Assembly (NCBI GenBank): GCA_965216465.1
Contig: CBDCFW010000005.1
Span: 64,001 to 128,000, forward strand
Origin: Bacteroidia bacterium
Lineage (GTDB): Bacteria; Bacteroidota; Bacteroidia; NS11-12g; UBA9320
Length of the DNA stretch: 64,000 nt
Reading direction: 5' to 3'
Shown here piece after piece: positions 1 through 9,400 of the stretch; positions within the stretch are counted from its first letter, which is position 1, and the number at the start of each line of letters is the position of its first letter. The notes under the pieces are model-generated. The model saw nothing but the letters and a program-made list of their open reading frames with translations, was not told the origin of the DNA and searched no databases. Made by a program: the position numbers and the translations under genes.

Positions 1-2
1 CT

Positions 3-938
3 GATGATGGTTACAATACCGATGCACTTCACGGCGACCTTTCACAGGCACAACGTGATTATGTAATGAACAAGTTCAGAAACCGTCAATTGCAACTTTT
101 AATCGCAACCGACGTAGCTGCAAGAGGGTTAGATGTACAAGAACTTACTCATGTAATCAATTACAAATTGCCTGACGAAGATGCTGTTTATGTTCATCGA
201 AGTGGTAGAACTGGTCGAGCAAAAAATGAAGGTGTTTCCCTTTCATTGTTAACCGCCAAGGAAGAATCGAAACTGAAATATCTAGAAAAAAAGATTGGTC
301 GTAAATTCGATAGAATTCCTATCCCAGGAGGCCAAGAAATCTGCCAAAGCCAGTTGTTTCATTTGATAAACAACGTTTTAGAAACAGAAATCACCAACAA
401 TCATATCGAAGAGTTCTTGCCACAGATTTATGATATGTTCAATGGTTACACTAAAGAGGATATCATTAAACGAATTGTTACTGCTGAGTTTGATCGCTTC
501 TTAGAGTATTATCGTGATGCTCCAGATTTAAACAAATCGACATCTAAAGCGAAGAGAAGCAGAGACGATGACGAAGATGATGGACGAAGAAAGAGAAGAT
601 CTGATGTTCATATGACGCGATACTTCATCAACCAAGGTAAAAAAGATGGTTTTTCTCCAAAGTCATTAATGCGAATGATTAACGAAAATCTGCCGGGTAA
701 GTCTCCAGAAATTGGTCAAATAGAAATCATGAAGATGTTCTCATTCTTTGAGCTTGAATCTGAATATTCTCGTGACCTGCAAAAAGCATTAAAAGGAATG
801 TCGTTCAAAGGAAGATCTGTTTCTATTGAAGAGTCAAAGCCAAAAAGAGGCGGTGGTAACCGTAAGAAAGGAGCCGAAGGTCGGTCAAAAGGAGGCCGAG
901 GACATCGCGGAAGTAGTGGAAGACGTCGAAGAAGATAG
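3..938 (+). CDS. DEAD-box RNA helicase, 5'-truncated by the window edge (HelicC, DbpA-type RNA-binding domain, basic RG-rich tail)
   Basis: The frame is open from base 3 (DALHGDLSQAQR). Motifs ATDVAARGLD (V) and YVHRSGRTGRA (VI) are present, followed by a DbpA-like C-terminal domain and an R/G-rich tail. Confidence 0.93.
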   Translation, partial: DDGYNTDALHGDLSQAQRDYVMNKFRNRQLQLLIATDVAARGLDVQELTHVINYKLPDEDAVYVHRSGRTGRAKNEGVSLSLLTAKEESKLKYLEKKIGRKFDRIPIPGGQEICQSQLFHLINNVLETEITNNHIEEFLPQIYDMFNGYTKEDIIKRIVTAEFDRFLEYYRDAPDLNKSTSKAKRSRDDDEDDGRRKRRSDVHMTRYFINQGKKDGFSPKSLMRMINENLPGKSPEIGQIEIMKMFSFFELESEYSRDLQKALKGMSFKGRSVSIEESKPKRGGGNRKKGAEGRSKGGRGHRGSSGRRRRR

Positions 939-991
939 ACCCATAACCTTCTGATTATTTTGCAGTTCTGCAAAACCGCCAAATAAATTCT

Positions 992-999
992 TATATTTG
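992..999 (+). promoter_or_regulatory. Bacteroidota sigma-A -7 element (TATATTTG) upstream of the cyclase gene
   Basis: Matches TAnnTTTG 15 bp before the TTG start at 1015. Confidence 0.45.
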
Positions 1000-1014
1000 G
1001 ATTGATAACTTAGT

Positions 1015-3003
1015 TTGAAACTGACCCGACTTTCCATACTGGCCTTATTGCTATTGTTCACTTTTGTGTCTTTCAGCACAGTAAGTGACTCGTTAAATCG
1101 AATATGGCAGAATGAAGGTCTCGATGATTCAACACGGTCAGTTGCCCTTCATGAATTAACTTGGAGTTTCTACTCTGCTGACCAATTAGACAGCATGTTA
1201 ATCTACGCGAAATTGAATTACGATTTTGTAATTGAAGCTGGCTTGAAAGACCGTGAAAACGATGCATTGTTTGGTCTTGGGATGGCTTCGAAAATGAATG
1301 GAAATTCTCATCAAGCTATTGGCTATTTTACTGAAGCTTTAGAAATTGCTAAGAAAAAAAATGACGACGAGGATATTGGGGGTAACTTGATACAACTGGG
1401 TAACCTCTATAGCAGCCAAGGATCTTATGATAAAGCAATCAACTGTTTTGAGGAGTGTTTTGAAATTTTTGAACGCAATAATAATGTGCCCGGAGAATCT
1501 ATAATTTTAAAAGATATCGGTGAAGTATATCTAGAAAAGAAAAATTATACAAAAGCTCTTGAATATTTAGAAAAGAGTCGAACGTTTAGAGACTCTTTAC
1601 GCAGGATAGACGAAGACAGAATTGGATTTAATGAAAGTGTTGGCTATGCTCAAACCTTAGCTGATATTGGCATCTGTCATATGAATCTCAACGACTATGA
1701 CAAAGCTTTCGACCATTTTGAACAAAGCCTGGCGATTTACTTAGAAATTGATGAAAAAAGAGGAATAGCGGAAGGCCTAACCAGACTTGGAGATATTTAT
1801 AGCATGATGGAGAACTCCGACAGTGCTGTTGCAAAATACCAAGAGAGTTTAGCTATCGGTCATCAGATAAATAACGAGCAACAAGTAGCTCACACTTCGC
1901 TTCGTTTAGGTCTGTTTTACTTGCAACGAGATAAATTCAATCAAGCAAATAAATGGTGCAAGCAAAGCTTGAATATTTCTGAAGTTACTGGCTTTGTTCT
2001 TGAGCAGCGTAATGCCTGTGAATGCTTGTATGAAGCGAATAAGAGTTTGCATAATTCAAGGGCTTCGCTCATTTATTTGGAAAAACTGCTACATCTCGAC
2101 GACAGTTTGAAAAGCGAAGAAACAACACTTCGTTTACAAGAGATTGAGTTTCAAAAAGCGGCACTTGCTGATAGTTTAATTCAAGAAGAACGCAAAAGAG
2201 AAATTGAAGCTAAACACAAAGCTGAAGTAAAACGAAAAGATATTAACCGAAACATTGTATTGGCAATTTTGGTTTTTATTCTAATTGTTGCGGCAGCTAT
2301 GTACAATCGAGTTCGATTCATCAGGCGAGCTAAAAACCGAATCGAAAAGGAGAAAAACCGTTCAGACAGTTTGTTACTCAATATTTTACCACTTGAAATT
2401 GCTCAAGAGCTAAAAATAAAGGGAGAAGCGGAGGCTAGAGATTATACCGATGTCACCATCCTATTTACAGATTTCAAGCAATTCACTCAGCTTTCGGAAA
2501 CCATGAGTGCAAAAGAGCTGGTCTCAGAGTTAAACTATTGTTTCAAAGCTTTCGACCGAATATGCGAAACTTATAAAATTGAGAAGATTAAGACCATCGG
2601 AGACTCATTTATGGCCGCTGGAGGTATACCTGTGGCTACACCCTATTCTGCTAAAAATACGGTATTGGCCGCCATTGCCATGAATAAGTTTGTAAAGGAA
2701 CGTAAGAAAGACTTAGATAGTCAGAAAAAAACTGCCTTTGAAATGAGGCTAGGAATTCATACTGGAAGCGTTGTTGCAGGAATTGTTGGGGTTAAGAAGT
2801 TTCAATATGATATCTGGGGAGACTCGGTCAATACTGCTAGCAGAATGGAGTCGAATAGCGTTGTTGGTAAGATCAATATATCGAATACCACCTATAAGCA
2901 GATTAAAAACGACCCAGACTTCGTATTTGAACACCGCGGTAAAGTTCAAGCTAAAGGAAAAGGTGAAGTCGACATGTACTTTGTCAGCTTGAAAGAATCT
3001 TAA
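1015..3003 (+). CDS. Membrane-anchored class III adenylate cyclase with periplasmic TPR sensor region
   Basis: Signal peptide, several TPR repeats, one TM (NIVLAILVFILIVAAAMY), then cyclase motifs TILFTDF, KIKTIGDSFM and YDIWGDSVNTASRMES. The Lys/Asp specificity residues suggest ATP as substrate. Confidence 0.9.
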   Translation: MKLTRLSILALLLLFTFVSFSTVSDSLNRIWQNEGLDDSTRSVALHELTWSFYSADQLDSMLIYAKLNYDFVIEAGLKDRENDALFGLGMASKMNGNSHQAIGYFTEALEIAKKKNDDEDIGGNLIQLGNLYSSQGSYDKAINCFEECFEIFERNNNVPGESIILKDIGEVYLEKKNYTKALEYLEKSRTFRDSLRRIDEDRIGFNESVGYAQTLADIGICHMNLNDYDKAFDHFEQSLAIYLEIDEKRGIAEGLTRLGDIYSMMENSDSAVAKYQESLAIGHQINNEQQVAHTSLRLGLFYLQRDKFNQANKWCKQSLNISEVTGFVLEQRNACECLYEANKSLHNSRASLIYLEKLLHLDDSLKSEETTLRLQEIEFQKAALADSLIQEERKREIEAKHKAEVKRKDINRNIVLAILVFILIVAAAMYNRVRFIRRAKNRIEKEKNRSDSLLLNILPLEIAQELKIKGEAEARDYTDVTILFTDFKQFTQLSETMSAKELVSELNYCFKAFDRICETYKIEKIKTIGDSFMAAGGIPVATPYSAKNTVLAAIAMNKFVKERKKDLDSQKKTAFEMRLGIHTGSVVAGIVGVKKFQYDIWGDSVNTASRMESNSVVGKINISNTTYKQIKNDPDFVFEHRGKVQAKGKGEVDMYFVSLKES

Positions 3004-3007
3004 AAGG

Positions 3008-3580
3008 ATGGCTGAAGTTCAAACTTATATTGAAAATTATTTCGGACTAAAGGGAGATGATGCTTCTGCAATTGGTGAGCTTTTTAGATCTGAAGAGTTG
3101 ACCAAAAATTCATTTTTTGTTAAAGAAGGATCAACATGTGATAAGCTAAGCTTCATTTCTTCTGGATACTTACGCATCTTTAACTATACTGAAAGCGGCA
3201 AAGAAGTTACTCAATGGATTTCAGGGAATGGAGATTTCGTAACAGAATTGTCAAGTTTAATGTTCGGGAACACATCGCGGTGGAATATTCAAGCTTTAAC
3301 GGATTGTAAACTCCTTACTATTTCAAAAGAAAATTATAACAAACTAGGAAGTATTGTACCCGCCTGGATAGAATTAGAAAAATTATTTCTTGCAAAATGT
3401 TTTATCACGCTCGAAGATCGGGTTTATGCTTTTTTATCGATGTCAGCAGAGGAACGATATTTTCATTTGTACAATTACAAGCGAGACCTTATTCAGCAGG
3501 TTCCTCAGCAGTATCTAGCGTCGATGCTAGGCATGACCCCAGAAACATTAAGTCGAATACGAGCCAAGCGAATTTCTTGA
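3008..3580 (+). CDS. Crp/Fnr family transcriptional regulator
   Basis: N-terminal cNMP-binding-like domain and C-terminal HTH (QQYLASMLGMTPETLSRIR). Confidence 0.92.
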   Translation: MAEVQTYIENYFGLKGDDASAIGELFRSEELTKNSFFVKEGSTCDKLSFISSGYLRIFNYTESGKEVTQWISGNGDFVTELSSLMFGNTSRWNIQALTDCKLLTISKENYNKLGSIVPAWIELEKLFLAKCFITLEDRVYAFLSMSAEERYFHLYNYKRDLIQQVPQQYLASMLGMTPETLSRIRAKRIS

Positions 3581-3591
3581 TTTAGATCAAG
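3576..3591. promoter_or_regulatory. FNR/CRP-type palindromic operator CTTGAT-TTAG-ATCAAG
   Basis: Exact TTGAT-N4-ATCAA at 3577-3590. It overlaps the TGA stop of the Crp/Fnr gene and ends 48 bp upstream of the SRPBCC ATG. Confidence 0.7.
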
Positions 3592-3638
3592 TCAATAGTC
3601 ACTTTGAGCCTTGAGCTTTGTAGCCATAAAATTAGAAT

Positions 3639-4058
3639 ATGGCACATCAAATTTCAACACAGACCAAAATTGAAGCAACTGCAGCAGAAGTATGGAAGGT
3701 TTTAACAGACTTCGAAAATTATGCAGAATGGAATCCATTTATTAAATCTATCAAAGGAATGGTTAAGCCTGGTAAGACGATTGAGGCACAGATAGACAAC
3801 ATGCGAATATCCCCTCAAGTATTAGTCTTTAAGCAAAATGAAGAATTCAAATGGTTAGGTCATTTATTTATTAAGGGCCTATTTGATGGAGAACACCGAT
3901 TTCAACTTATTGCCAATGCGGACGGAAGTACTACGTTTATTCATTCAGAGAGGTTTCGAGGTATTTTAATTCCTTTCTTCAAAAAGATGATAAATGGTAA
4001 AGTTAGAGATGGGTTTGTCGCAATGAACCTAGCCTTAAAGGCAAGAGTAGAAGGCTAG
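3639..4058 (+). CDS. SRPBCC (polyketide cyclase/START-like) domain protein
   Basis: IEATAAEVWKVLTDFENYAEWNPF start and MNLALKARVE end are typical of the family. Confidence 0.88.
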   Translation: MAHQISTQTKIEATAAEVWKVLTDFENYAEWNPFIKSIKGMVKPGKTIEAQIDNMRISPQVLVFKQNEEFKWLGHLFIKGLFDGEHRFQLIANADGSTTFIHSERFRGILIPFFKKMINGKVRDGFVAMNLALKARVEG

Positions 4059-5077
4059 CGTCGAATTCCTTGAGCATTTAACGAACGACGATAGGCTGCC
4101 GCATTTCGATCATGCTGAGCTTTGCTTGCTGTAAAATTGTGATAATATGACCCATCTGGTTTAGCACACATAAAAATATAATTGTGACTTTTAGGGTTTA
4201 AGCAAGCGTCTATTGCTCTTTTATCGGGCAGGAATATTGGTCCAGGAGGTAAGCCTAAGTTTAAATAGGTATTGTACGGATCTTCGGTTCTAAGGTCTCT
4301 ATACAAAACGCGTCTTCGCCCCTCTCTTCCTGCGACGTACAACACTGTTGGATCGGCTTGTAACAACATATTTTTCTTCAGTCGATTGAGGTACAATCCT
4401 GCAATTGTTGGCATTTCAGACACATGAATAGCTTCTCCATCTACAATGCTAGCCAAAACACAAACTTCCTTAGAATTCAAGTTTTGAGCTTTCGCTTTCT
4501 TTTTTCGCTCATCATTCCAAAAAGTATTGTACTCATCTAAAAACCTACGAATCACTTTATCTGCTGGAGTTGCCCAATTGAAGTGGTAATGATCCGGCAA
4601 AAAGATACACCATACATTTTCGGCGGTAAAACCATTATCTTTTATTTCATTGGCTCTGAGTGCCACAGAAAGTTCATCTTTATCGGCTTCAAGATTCTCT
4701 GCCAAATAGGTTAGCAAGCTATCTCGTGACATTTCGGGTTTGACTTTAACCACTACTTTTTCCCAAGATCCGCTTCGAATCATACGCACCAACTCGACAT
4801 TTGATAAGCCCTCCTTTATTTTGTATCGTCCCGCTTTGTAGGTATTCTCGAGATTCATACGCTCCGCAACCAAGTCGAAACTTGTACTGTTTTCGACAAT
4901 ACCAGTAGCCACCAAATTGTTGCGAACATCGTTGTAAGAATCTTTGTACGATATGTAGAAGTACTCGCCGTCGGTTGCATTCGTATTCCCTTTAAATACC
5001 AGGAGATATGCAGCTCCTAAAACAACTCCCCCTACTACTACCAGTGTTGCGATATATTTTTTTAGTTTTTTGTTCAA
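4055..5077 (-). CDS. mltG: Endolytic transglycosylase MltG (YceG family)
   Basis: N-terminal TM; motifs LASIVDGE, LQADPTVLY, PYNTYLNLGLPPGPI and YIFM. Confidence 0.93.
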   Translation of the reverse strand: MNKKLKKYIATLVVVGGVVLGAAYLLVFKGNTNATDGEYFYISYKDSYNDVRNNLVATGIVENSTSFDLVAERMNLENTYKAGRYKIKEGLSNVELVRMIRSGSWEKVVVKVKPEMSRDSLLTYLAENLEADKDELSVALRANEIKDNGFTAENVWCIFLPDHYHFNWATPADKVIRRFLDEYNTFWNDERKKKAKAQNLNSKEVCVLASIVDGEAIHVSEMPTIAGLYLNRLKKNMLLQADPTVLYVAGREGRRRVLYRDLRTEDPYNTYLNLGLPPGPIFLPDKRAIDACLNPKSHNYIFMCAKPDGSYYHNFTASKAQHDRNAAAYRRSLNAQGIRR

Positions 5078-5117
5078 ATCTCAGAATTGATGACGCAAAT
5101 TAAGTAAAGTAATATAT

Positions 5118-5125
5118 TAGTTTTG
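5118..5125 (+). promoter_or_regulatory. Bacteroidota -7 element (TAGTTTTG) for the dapB-lepB-fmt operon
   Basis: TAnnTTTG 11 bp before the dapB ATG. Confidence 0.55.
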
Positions 5126-5136
5126 CCTCTTATACG

Positions 5137-5862
5137 ATGAACATAGCAATTATTGGGTATGGAAAGATGGGAAAGGCAATTGAACAAATTGCCATTGAGC
5201 GTGGTCATACGATCTCTGCAATCATCCATCGAAGCAATTTAACTCAGGAAGAGTTAGAAGGTACAGATGTAGCAATTGAGTTTACCGAGCCCAATGCGGC
5301 TTACGAGAACATAAAATCATGTATCGACTTAAATATACCTGTTGTTGTTGGTACCACCGGCTGGTACGAGCACTACGAGGAACTTAAAGAGCTTACTCTA
5401 TCTAGCAATTCAGCTTTATTTACTGCAACCAATTTTAGCATTGGTGTAAATATTCTATTCCACCTCAACCGTAAACTCGGAAGCATTATGAATGGGTTTC
5501 GAGAGTATGAAGTGCGAATGGATGAAACACATCATATTCACAAGAAAGACCATCCAAGTGGAACTGCAGTTACTCTCGCAGAAGGAATACTGGATACGCT
5601 TGATAGAAAAAATAAATATATTGGTCTGCTTGAGGGACAAGAATCCAATGCTTCGACGTTTGATTTGCAAATAGTAAGCAAACGCGAGAACGAAGTACCT
5701 GGTTTTCATCAAGTGACCTACGAAAGTGAAATAGATGAAATCACCATTAGCCATAACGCTAAGAACAGAAAAGGCTTTGCAATTGGATCAGTTGTAGCAG
5801 CGGAATGGCTTGCAGGTAAACAAGGTGTATTCACCATGCAAGATTTACTAAACTTTGAATAA
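5137..5862 (+). CDS. dapB: 4-hydroxy-tetrahydrodipicolinate reductase
   Basis: GYGKMG Rossmann motif, VGTTGW, NFSIGVN and ETHHIHKKDHPSGTA. Confidence 0.96.
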   Translation: MNIAIIGYGKMGKAIEQIAIERGHTISAIIHRSNLTQEELEGTDVAIEFTEPNAAYENIKSCIDLNIPVVVGTTGWYEHYEELKELTLSSNSALFTATNFSIGVNILFHLNRKLGSIMNGFREYEVRMDETHHIHKKDHPSGTAVTLAEGILDTLDRKNKYIGLLEGQESNASTFDLQIVSKRENEVPGFHQVTYESEIDEITISHNAKNRKGFAIGSVVAAEWLAGKQGVFTMQDLLNFE

Positions 5863-5867
5863 CACAT

Positions 5868-7145
5868 ATGAAAATAGATTTTAAACAAGACTGGACCCTA
5901 TTAAGCAAAAGAGCTAAAATATTTTACATTGCTTTTTCGGTAATCAATTTATTGGTCTTCATTTTGCTCGTTACGCAAACTGACGGAGGGTTTATTAGTC
6001 CGTTGATATACTTTGTATTTTGGCAAGCAGCCATCTGGATATATTATATGTTCAGATATAAATTCAGAAAAAATGTTAAGGGTGGTGAATGGATCGACGC
6101 TGCAATGTTCGCAATTATTGCTGCAACCTTAATTCGAACCTTTTTTATTGAAGCGTATCAAATCCCTACTTCCTCAATGGAAAAATCACTGTTGCGAGGC
6201 GATTTCCTTTTTGTAAGTAAGGTGAATTATGGGGCTAGAATGCCAATGACTCCTGTGTCTTTCCCATTTGTGCATCACACTATGCCGGTAACTGGAGGTA
6301 AAGCCTATTCTGAAGCTTTAAAACTTCCTTATTACAGACTTCCTGGCTTTCAAGACATCAAAAACAATGATGTCGTAGTATTTAATTATCCTGCTGAGGA
6401 AGAAGGACGTCCGGTTGACAAAAAAGAAAACTACATTAAGCGATGTGTGGGTATTGGTGGAGATACACTCCAAGTAAAAGCAGGTTTACTCTATGTTAAC
6501 GGCGAAGTGGCTGACATTCCTGTAAACGAGCAGATGTCGTACCGTGTAACTACATCAACCGTAATTGATCGTCGCACATTTGAAAAAATGGATATTTCAG
6601 AATATGCATACAATGAACATGCAGCAGCATATGATATGTATATAACCAAGGAAAATCTTGAAGCGGTTAAAAATCTTCCAGGAATCGTAAACATTGTTCC
6701 TGTAATTGATAATGCTGGCCAATACAACGAAATCTTCCCGCACATTCCGAATATGTTGCCTTGGAGCAAAGACAATTATGGTCCTATTTATATTCCGAAA
6801 GAAGGTGATGAAATAACACTCGACAGTGTTAATTACTTCATCTATCAAAGAATAATCAGAGAATATGAGAACAATCCTGATTTCAAGATGAGAGACGGAA
6901 AGTTTTACATCGGCTCAGAAGTAATCACTTCTTATACCTTTAAAATGGACTATTACTTCATGATGGGAGATAACAGACACCGCTCTGCAGACTCGAGGTA
7001 TTGGGGGTTTGTTCCGCAAGACCACATTGTTGGTAAGGCTTTATTTATTTGGATGAGCATAGAGCAAGACGGTATCTATGGAAATCGACACAAAGGCTTT
7101 TTCAGTCGTATTCGATGGAGTCGAATCTTTAACCGAATTCATTAG
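5868..7145 (+). CDS. lepB: Signal peptidase I
   Basis: IPTSSME (catalytic Ser), YIKRCVG (catalytic Lys) and MMGDNRHRSADSRYWGFVP; lies downstream of dapB. Confidence 0.95.
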   Translation: MKIDFKQDWTLLSKRAKIFYIAFSVINLLVFILLVTQTDGGFISPLIYFVFWQAAIWIYYMFRYKFRKNVKGGEWIDAAMFAIIAATLIRTFFIEAYQIPTSSMEKSLLRGDFLFVSKVNYGARMPMTPVSFPFVHHTMPVTGGKAYSEALKLPYYRLPGFQDIKNNDVVVFNYPAEEEGRPVDKKENYIKRCVGIGGDTLQVKAGLLYVNGEVADIPVNEQMSYRVTTSTVIDRRTFEKMDISEYAYNEHAAAYDMYITKENLEAVKNLPGIVNIVPVIDNAGQYNEIFPHIPNMLPWSKDNYGPIYIPKEGDEITLDSVNYFIYQRIIREYENNPDFKMRDGKFYIGSEVITSYTFKMDYYFMMGDNRHRSADSRYWGFVPQDHIVGKALFIWMSIEQDGIYGNRHKGFFSRIRWSRIFNRIH

Positions 7146-7150
7146 AGCGA

Positions 7151-8092
7151 ATGGATAAAAAAGATTTGAAAATAATCTTTCTTGGCAATCCTGAATTTGC
7201 CCGTTACCATCTCGAAAAAATTATTGACGCTGGGTTTAATGTGGTTGCAGTCGTGTCTGCCCCAGATAAACCTGCAGGTCGAGGAATGAAGTTTTCACAA
7301 ACTGCAGTCACCAAGTTTGCTAAAGAGAAAAACATAGATTGCCTGCAACCGACCAACCTCAAAAATCAAGAATTTATAGAAAAACTAAAATCCTATAAGG
7401 CTGATATACAAGTGGTGATTGCATTTCGTATGTTGCCTGTTGCTGTTTGGGATATGCCTCCTTTGGGCACTATTAATTTACATGCGTCTTTGCTGCCCCA
7501 ATACCGAGGAGCGGCTCCAATAAATTGGGCTATAATTAATGGTGAAAAACATAGTGGAGTAAGTACTTTTAAGCTTAAACACGAGATTGATACCGGAAAT
7601 TTGATCTTGCAAAAAGAATGCACCATTGAGGCTGATGACAATGCAGGCACCTTGCACGATAAGCTGATGGTACTGGGTGCTGAAACTATGGTAGAAACCT
7701 TATCGCTAATCGCTGAGGACAAAGTAATTGAAATTGAGCAAGTTTCTGACGGTGAATTAAAAAGTGCACCAAAAATATTTTCAGAAACAACACAAGTCGA
7801 CTGGAACAATTCCGCAAACGATTTGCACAACTTCATACGTGGATTAAGCCCATACCCTGTTGCTAAAACAAAATTAGACGGTAAACAGCTTAAAATTTTT
7901 GATGCTCTCGTTGAGCATATGAATCACAATCATAAGCCTGGAAGTGTTTTTACAGACGGAAAGAAGATGTTAAAGGTTAGTTGTTTAGATGGCTACATCC
8001 ACTTACTAGACCTTCAAATTCAAGGTAAAAAGAGAATGAAAATCAACGATTTTTTGAATGGGTATGATGTCAAACATTTAAATTCAATTTAG
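7151..8092 (+). CDS. fmt: Methionyl-tRNA formyltransferase
   Basis: PDKPAGRG, INLHASLLPQYRGAAPINWA and IRGLSPYP. Confidence 0.97.
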   Translation: MDKKDLKIIFLGNPEFARYHLEKIIDAGFNVVAVVSAPDKPAGRGMKFSQTAVTKFAKEKNIDCLQPTNLKNQEFIEKLKSYKADIQVVIAFRMLPVAVWDMPPLGTINLHASLLPQYRGAAPINWAIINGEKHSGVSTFKLKHEIDTGNLILQKECTIEADDNAGTLHDKLMVLGAETMVETLSLIAEDKVIEIEQVSDGELKSAPKIFSETTQVDWNNSANDLHNFIRGLSPYPVAKTKLDGKQLKIFDALVEHMNHNHKPGSVFTDGKKMLKVSCLDGYIHLLDLQIQGKKRMKINDFLNGYDVKHLNSI

Positions 8093-8098
8093 AGCGAC

Positions 8099-9328
8099 AT
8101 GAAAATTCGTGGATTCTTATTTGCCTTTGCCTTCATTCTTGGGTTTCATACACAAGCTCAAAACGAATCTTGGAATTATCTCAAATTAGATTCTATTCTC
8201 CTTGACTCTAGTGCTCAACTTGTAGATGGACGCCAGTATTTCTCATCCATAAAAATAACAAGCTTAAACCATCAGGTTGAAAATTTTAAACTGAATCTCG
8301 CTGGAAAAGAAATTGAATTAAAAACCATTGAAGGCCATGACCTAGCTGAATATTCTGTTTTCTACATTTTTCACAAGGCTTCAAACAATATTGAAATCTC
8401 TTCTGAAGACAAGGCTTTTATTCGAGTAGAGTTGTTTTATGCCCCAAGTCTTATAGTTGCAAATAGGCACCTAAAACAGAAATCAAGTCATTGCATAAAA
8501 CCAGATGTTATTGACCAAGATGTGTGGCGAGCTGGGCTGCCTGACCCAAAACAAGGAAGAACTTCAACTCTTGTTAGCCACTGCATAATTCATCATTCGG
8601 CGGGATCAAATAGTACAACCGACTATACCAATGCAGTTCGCAACATATACTTATTACATCTACAAGGCAATGGTTGGGACGACATTGGATACAATTATCT
8701 CATAGCACCTAATGGTGATATCTATGCGGGAAGAGATGATTTAGGAGTTGCTGATGAAGATGATATTCAGGGTGCTCATTTTTGTGGCAAAAATGGAGGA
8801 ACTATGGGAGTGTGTTTGCTAGGGAACTACAACGAAACTACACCTTCCGATACTTTATTAACTAGCTTAAACAAACTCTTGGCTTGGAAACTTTTTAAAG
8901 AAGGTCTACAAGCAACAGACTCCTTCCCTCATCCGAACGGAAATGACCCGCACCTTGGAAGCATAGCATTTCACCAACATGGCTGTTCTACTGAGTGTCC
9001 TGGGGATTCGGTTGTGCTTTTGCTTGACACCATAAAACACAACGTGCAAACAATATTAGCAGGATGCTTGGCCGCTAGCGTTAACACGGCAGAAAAAAAT
9101 AGGATCAGCTGCTATCCAAATCCGAGCAGTGGACAAATCAAGCTTTTAGGTCTTACAAGAACAAATGTCTCTTATAAATTGTATAACGGTATGGGACAAA
9201 TTGTTTCTTCGGGCGTTGTGAATTCAGGAGTTATAAATACTGCATTGTCTTCGGGAATTTACCGCTTAGAAATCTGGCAAAATGAGCTTCAAATTGCCCA
9301 GTTTATGCACGTGATTTGTTTGCCGTAA
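8099..9328 (+). CDS. Secreted N-acetylmuramoyl-L-alanine amidase (Amidase_2/PGRP-like) with T9SS C-terminal domain
   Basis: Signal peptide; IIHHSAG, GWDDIGYNYLI, GAH, MGVCLLGNY and H...TECPG; C-terminal YPNPS...SGIYRLEI sorting domain. Confidence 0.87.
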   Translation: MKIRGFLFAFAFILGFHTQAQNESWNYLKLDSILLDSSAQLVDGRQYFSSIKITSLNHQVENFKLNLAGKEIELKTIEGHDLAEYSVFYIFHKASNNIEISSEDKAFIRVELFYAPSLIVANRHLKQKSSHCIKPDVIDQDVWRAGLPDPKQGRTSTLVSHCIIHHSAGSNSTTDYTNAVRNIYLLHLQGNGWDDIGYNYLIAPNGDIYAGRDDLGVADEDDIQGAHFCGKNGGTMGVCLLGNYNETTPSDTLLTSLNKLLAWKLFKEGLQATDSFPHPNGNDPHLGSIAFHQHGCSTECPGDSVVLLLDTIKHNVQTILAGCLAASVNTAEKNRISCYPNPSSGQIKLLGLTRTNVSYKLYNGMGQIVSSGVVNSGVINTALSSGIYRLEIWQNELQIAQFMHVICLP

Positions 9329-9379
9329 AAAGCAAATGAAACATGGCTCAGTAATCCTTGTAAAAGATTGGTTTTTAGC

Positions 9380-9387
9380 TACCTTTG
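9380..9387 (+). promoter_or_regulatory. Bacteroidota -7 element (TACCTTTG)
   Basis: TAnnTTTG 13 bp before the ATG at 9401. Confidence 0.6.
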
Positions 9388-9400
9388 CAGCCCTTAATTT

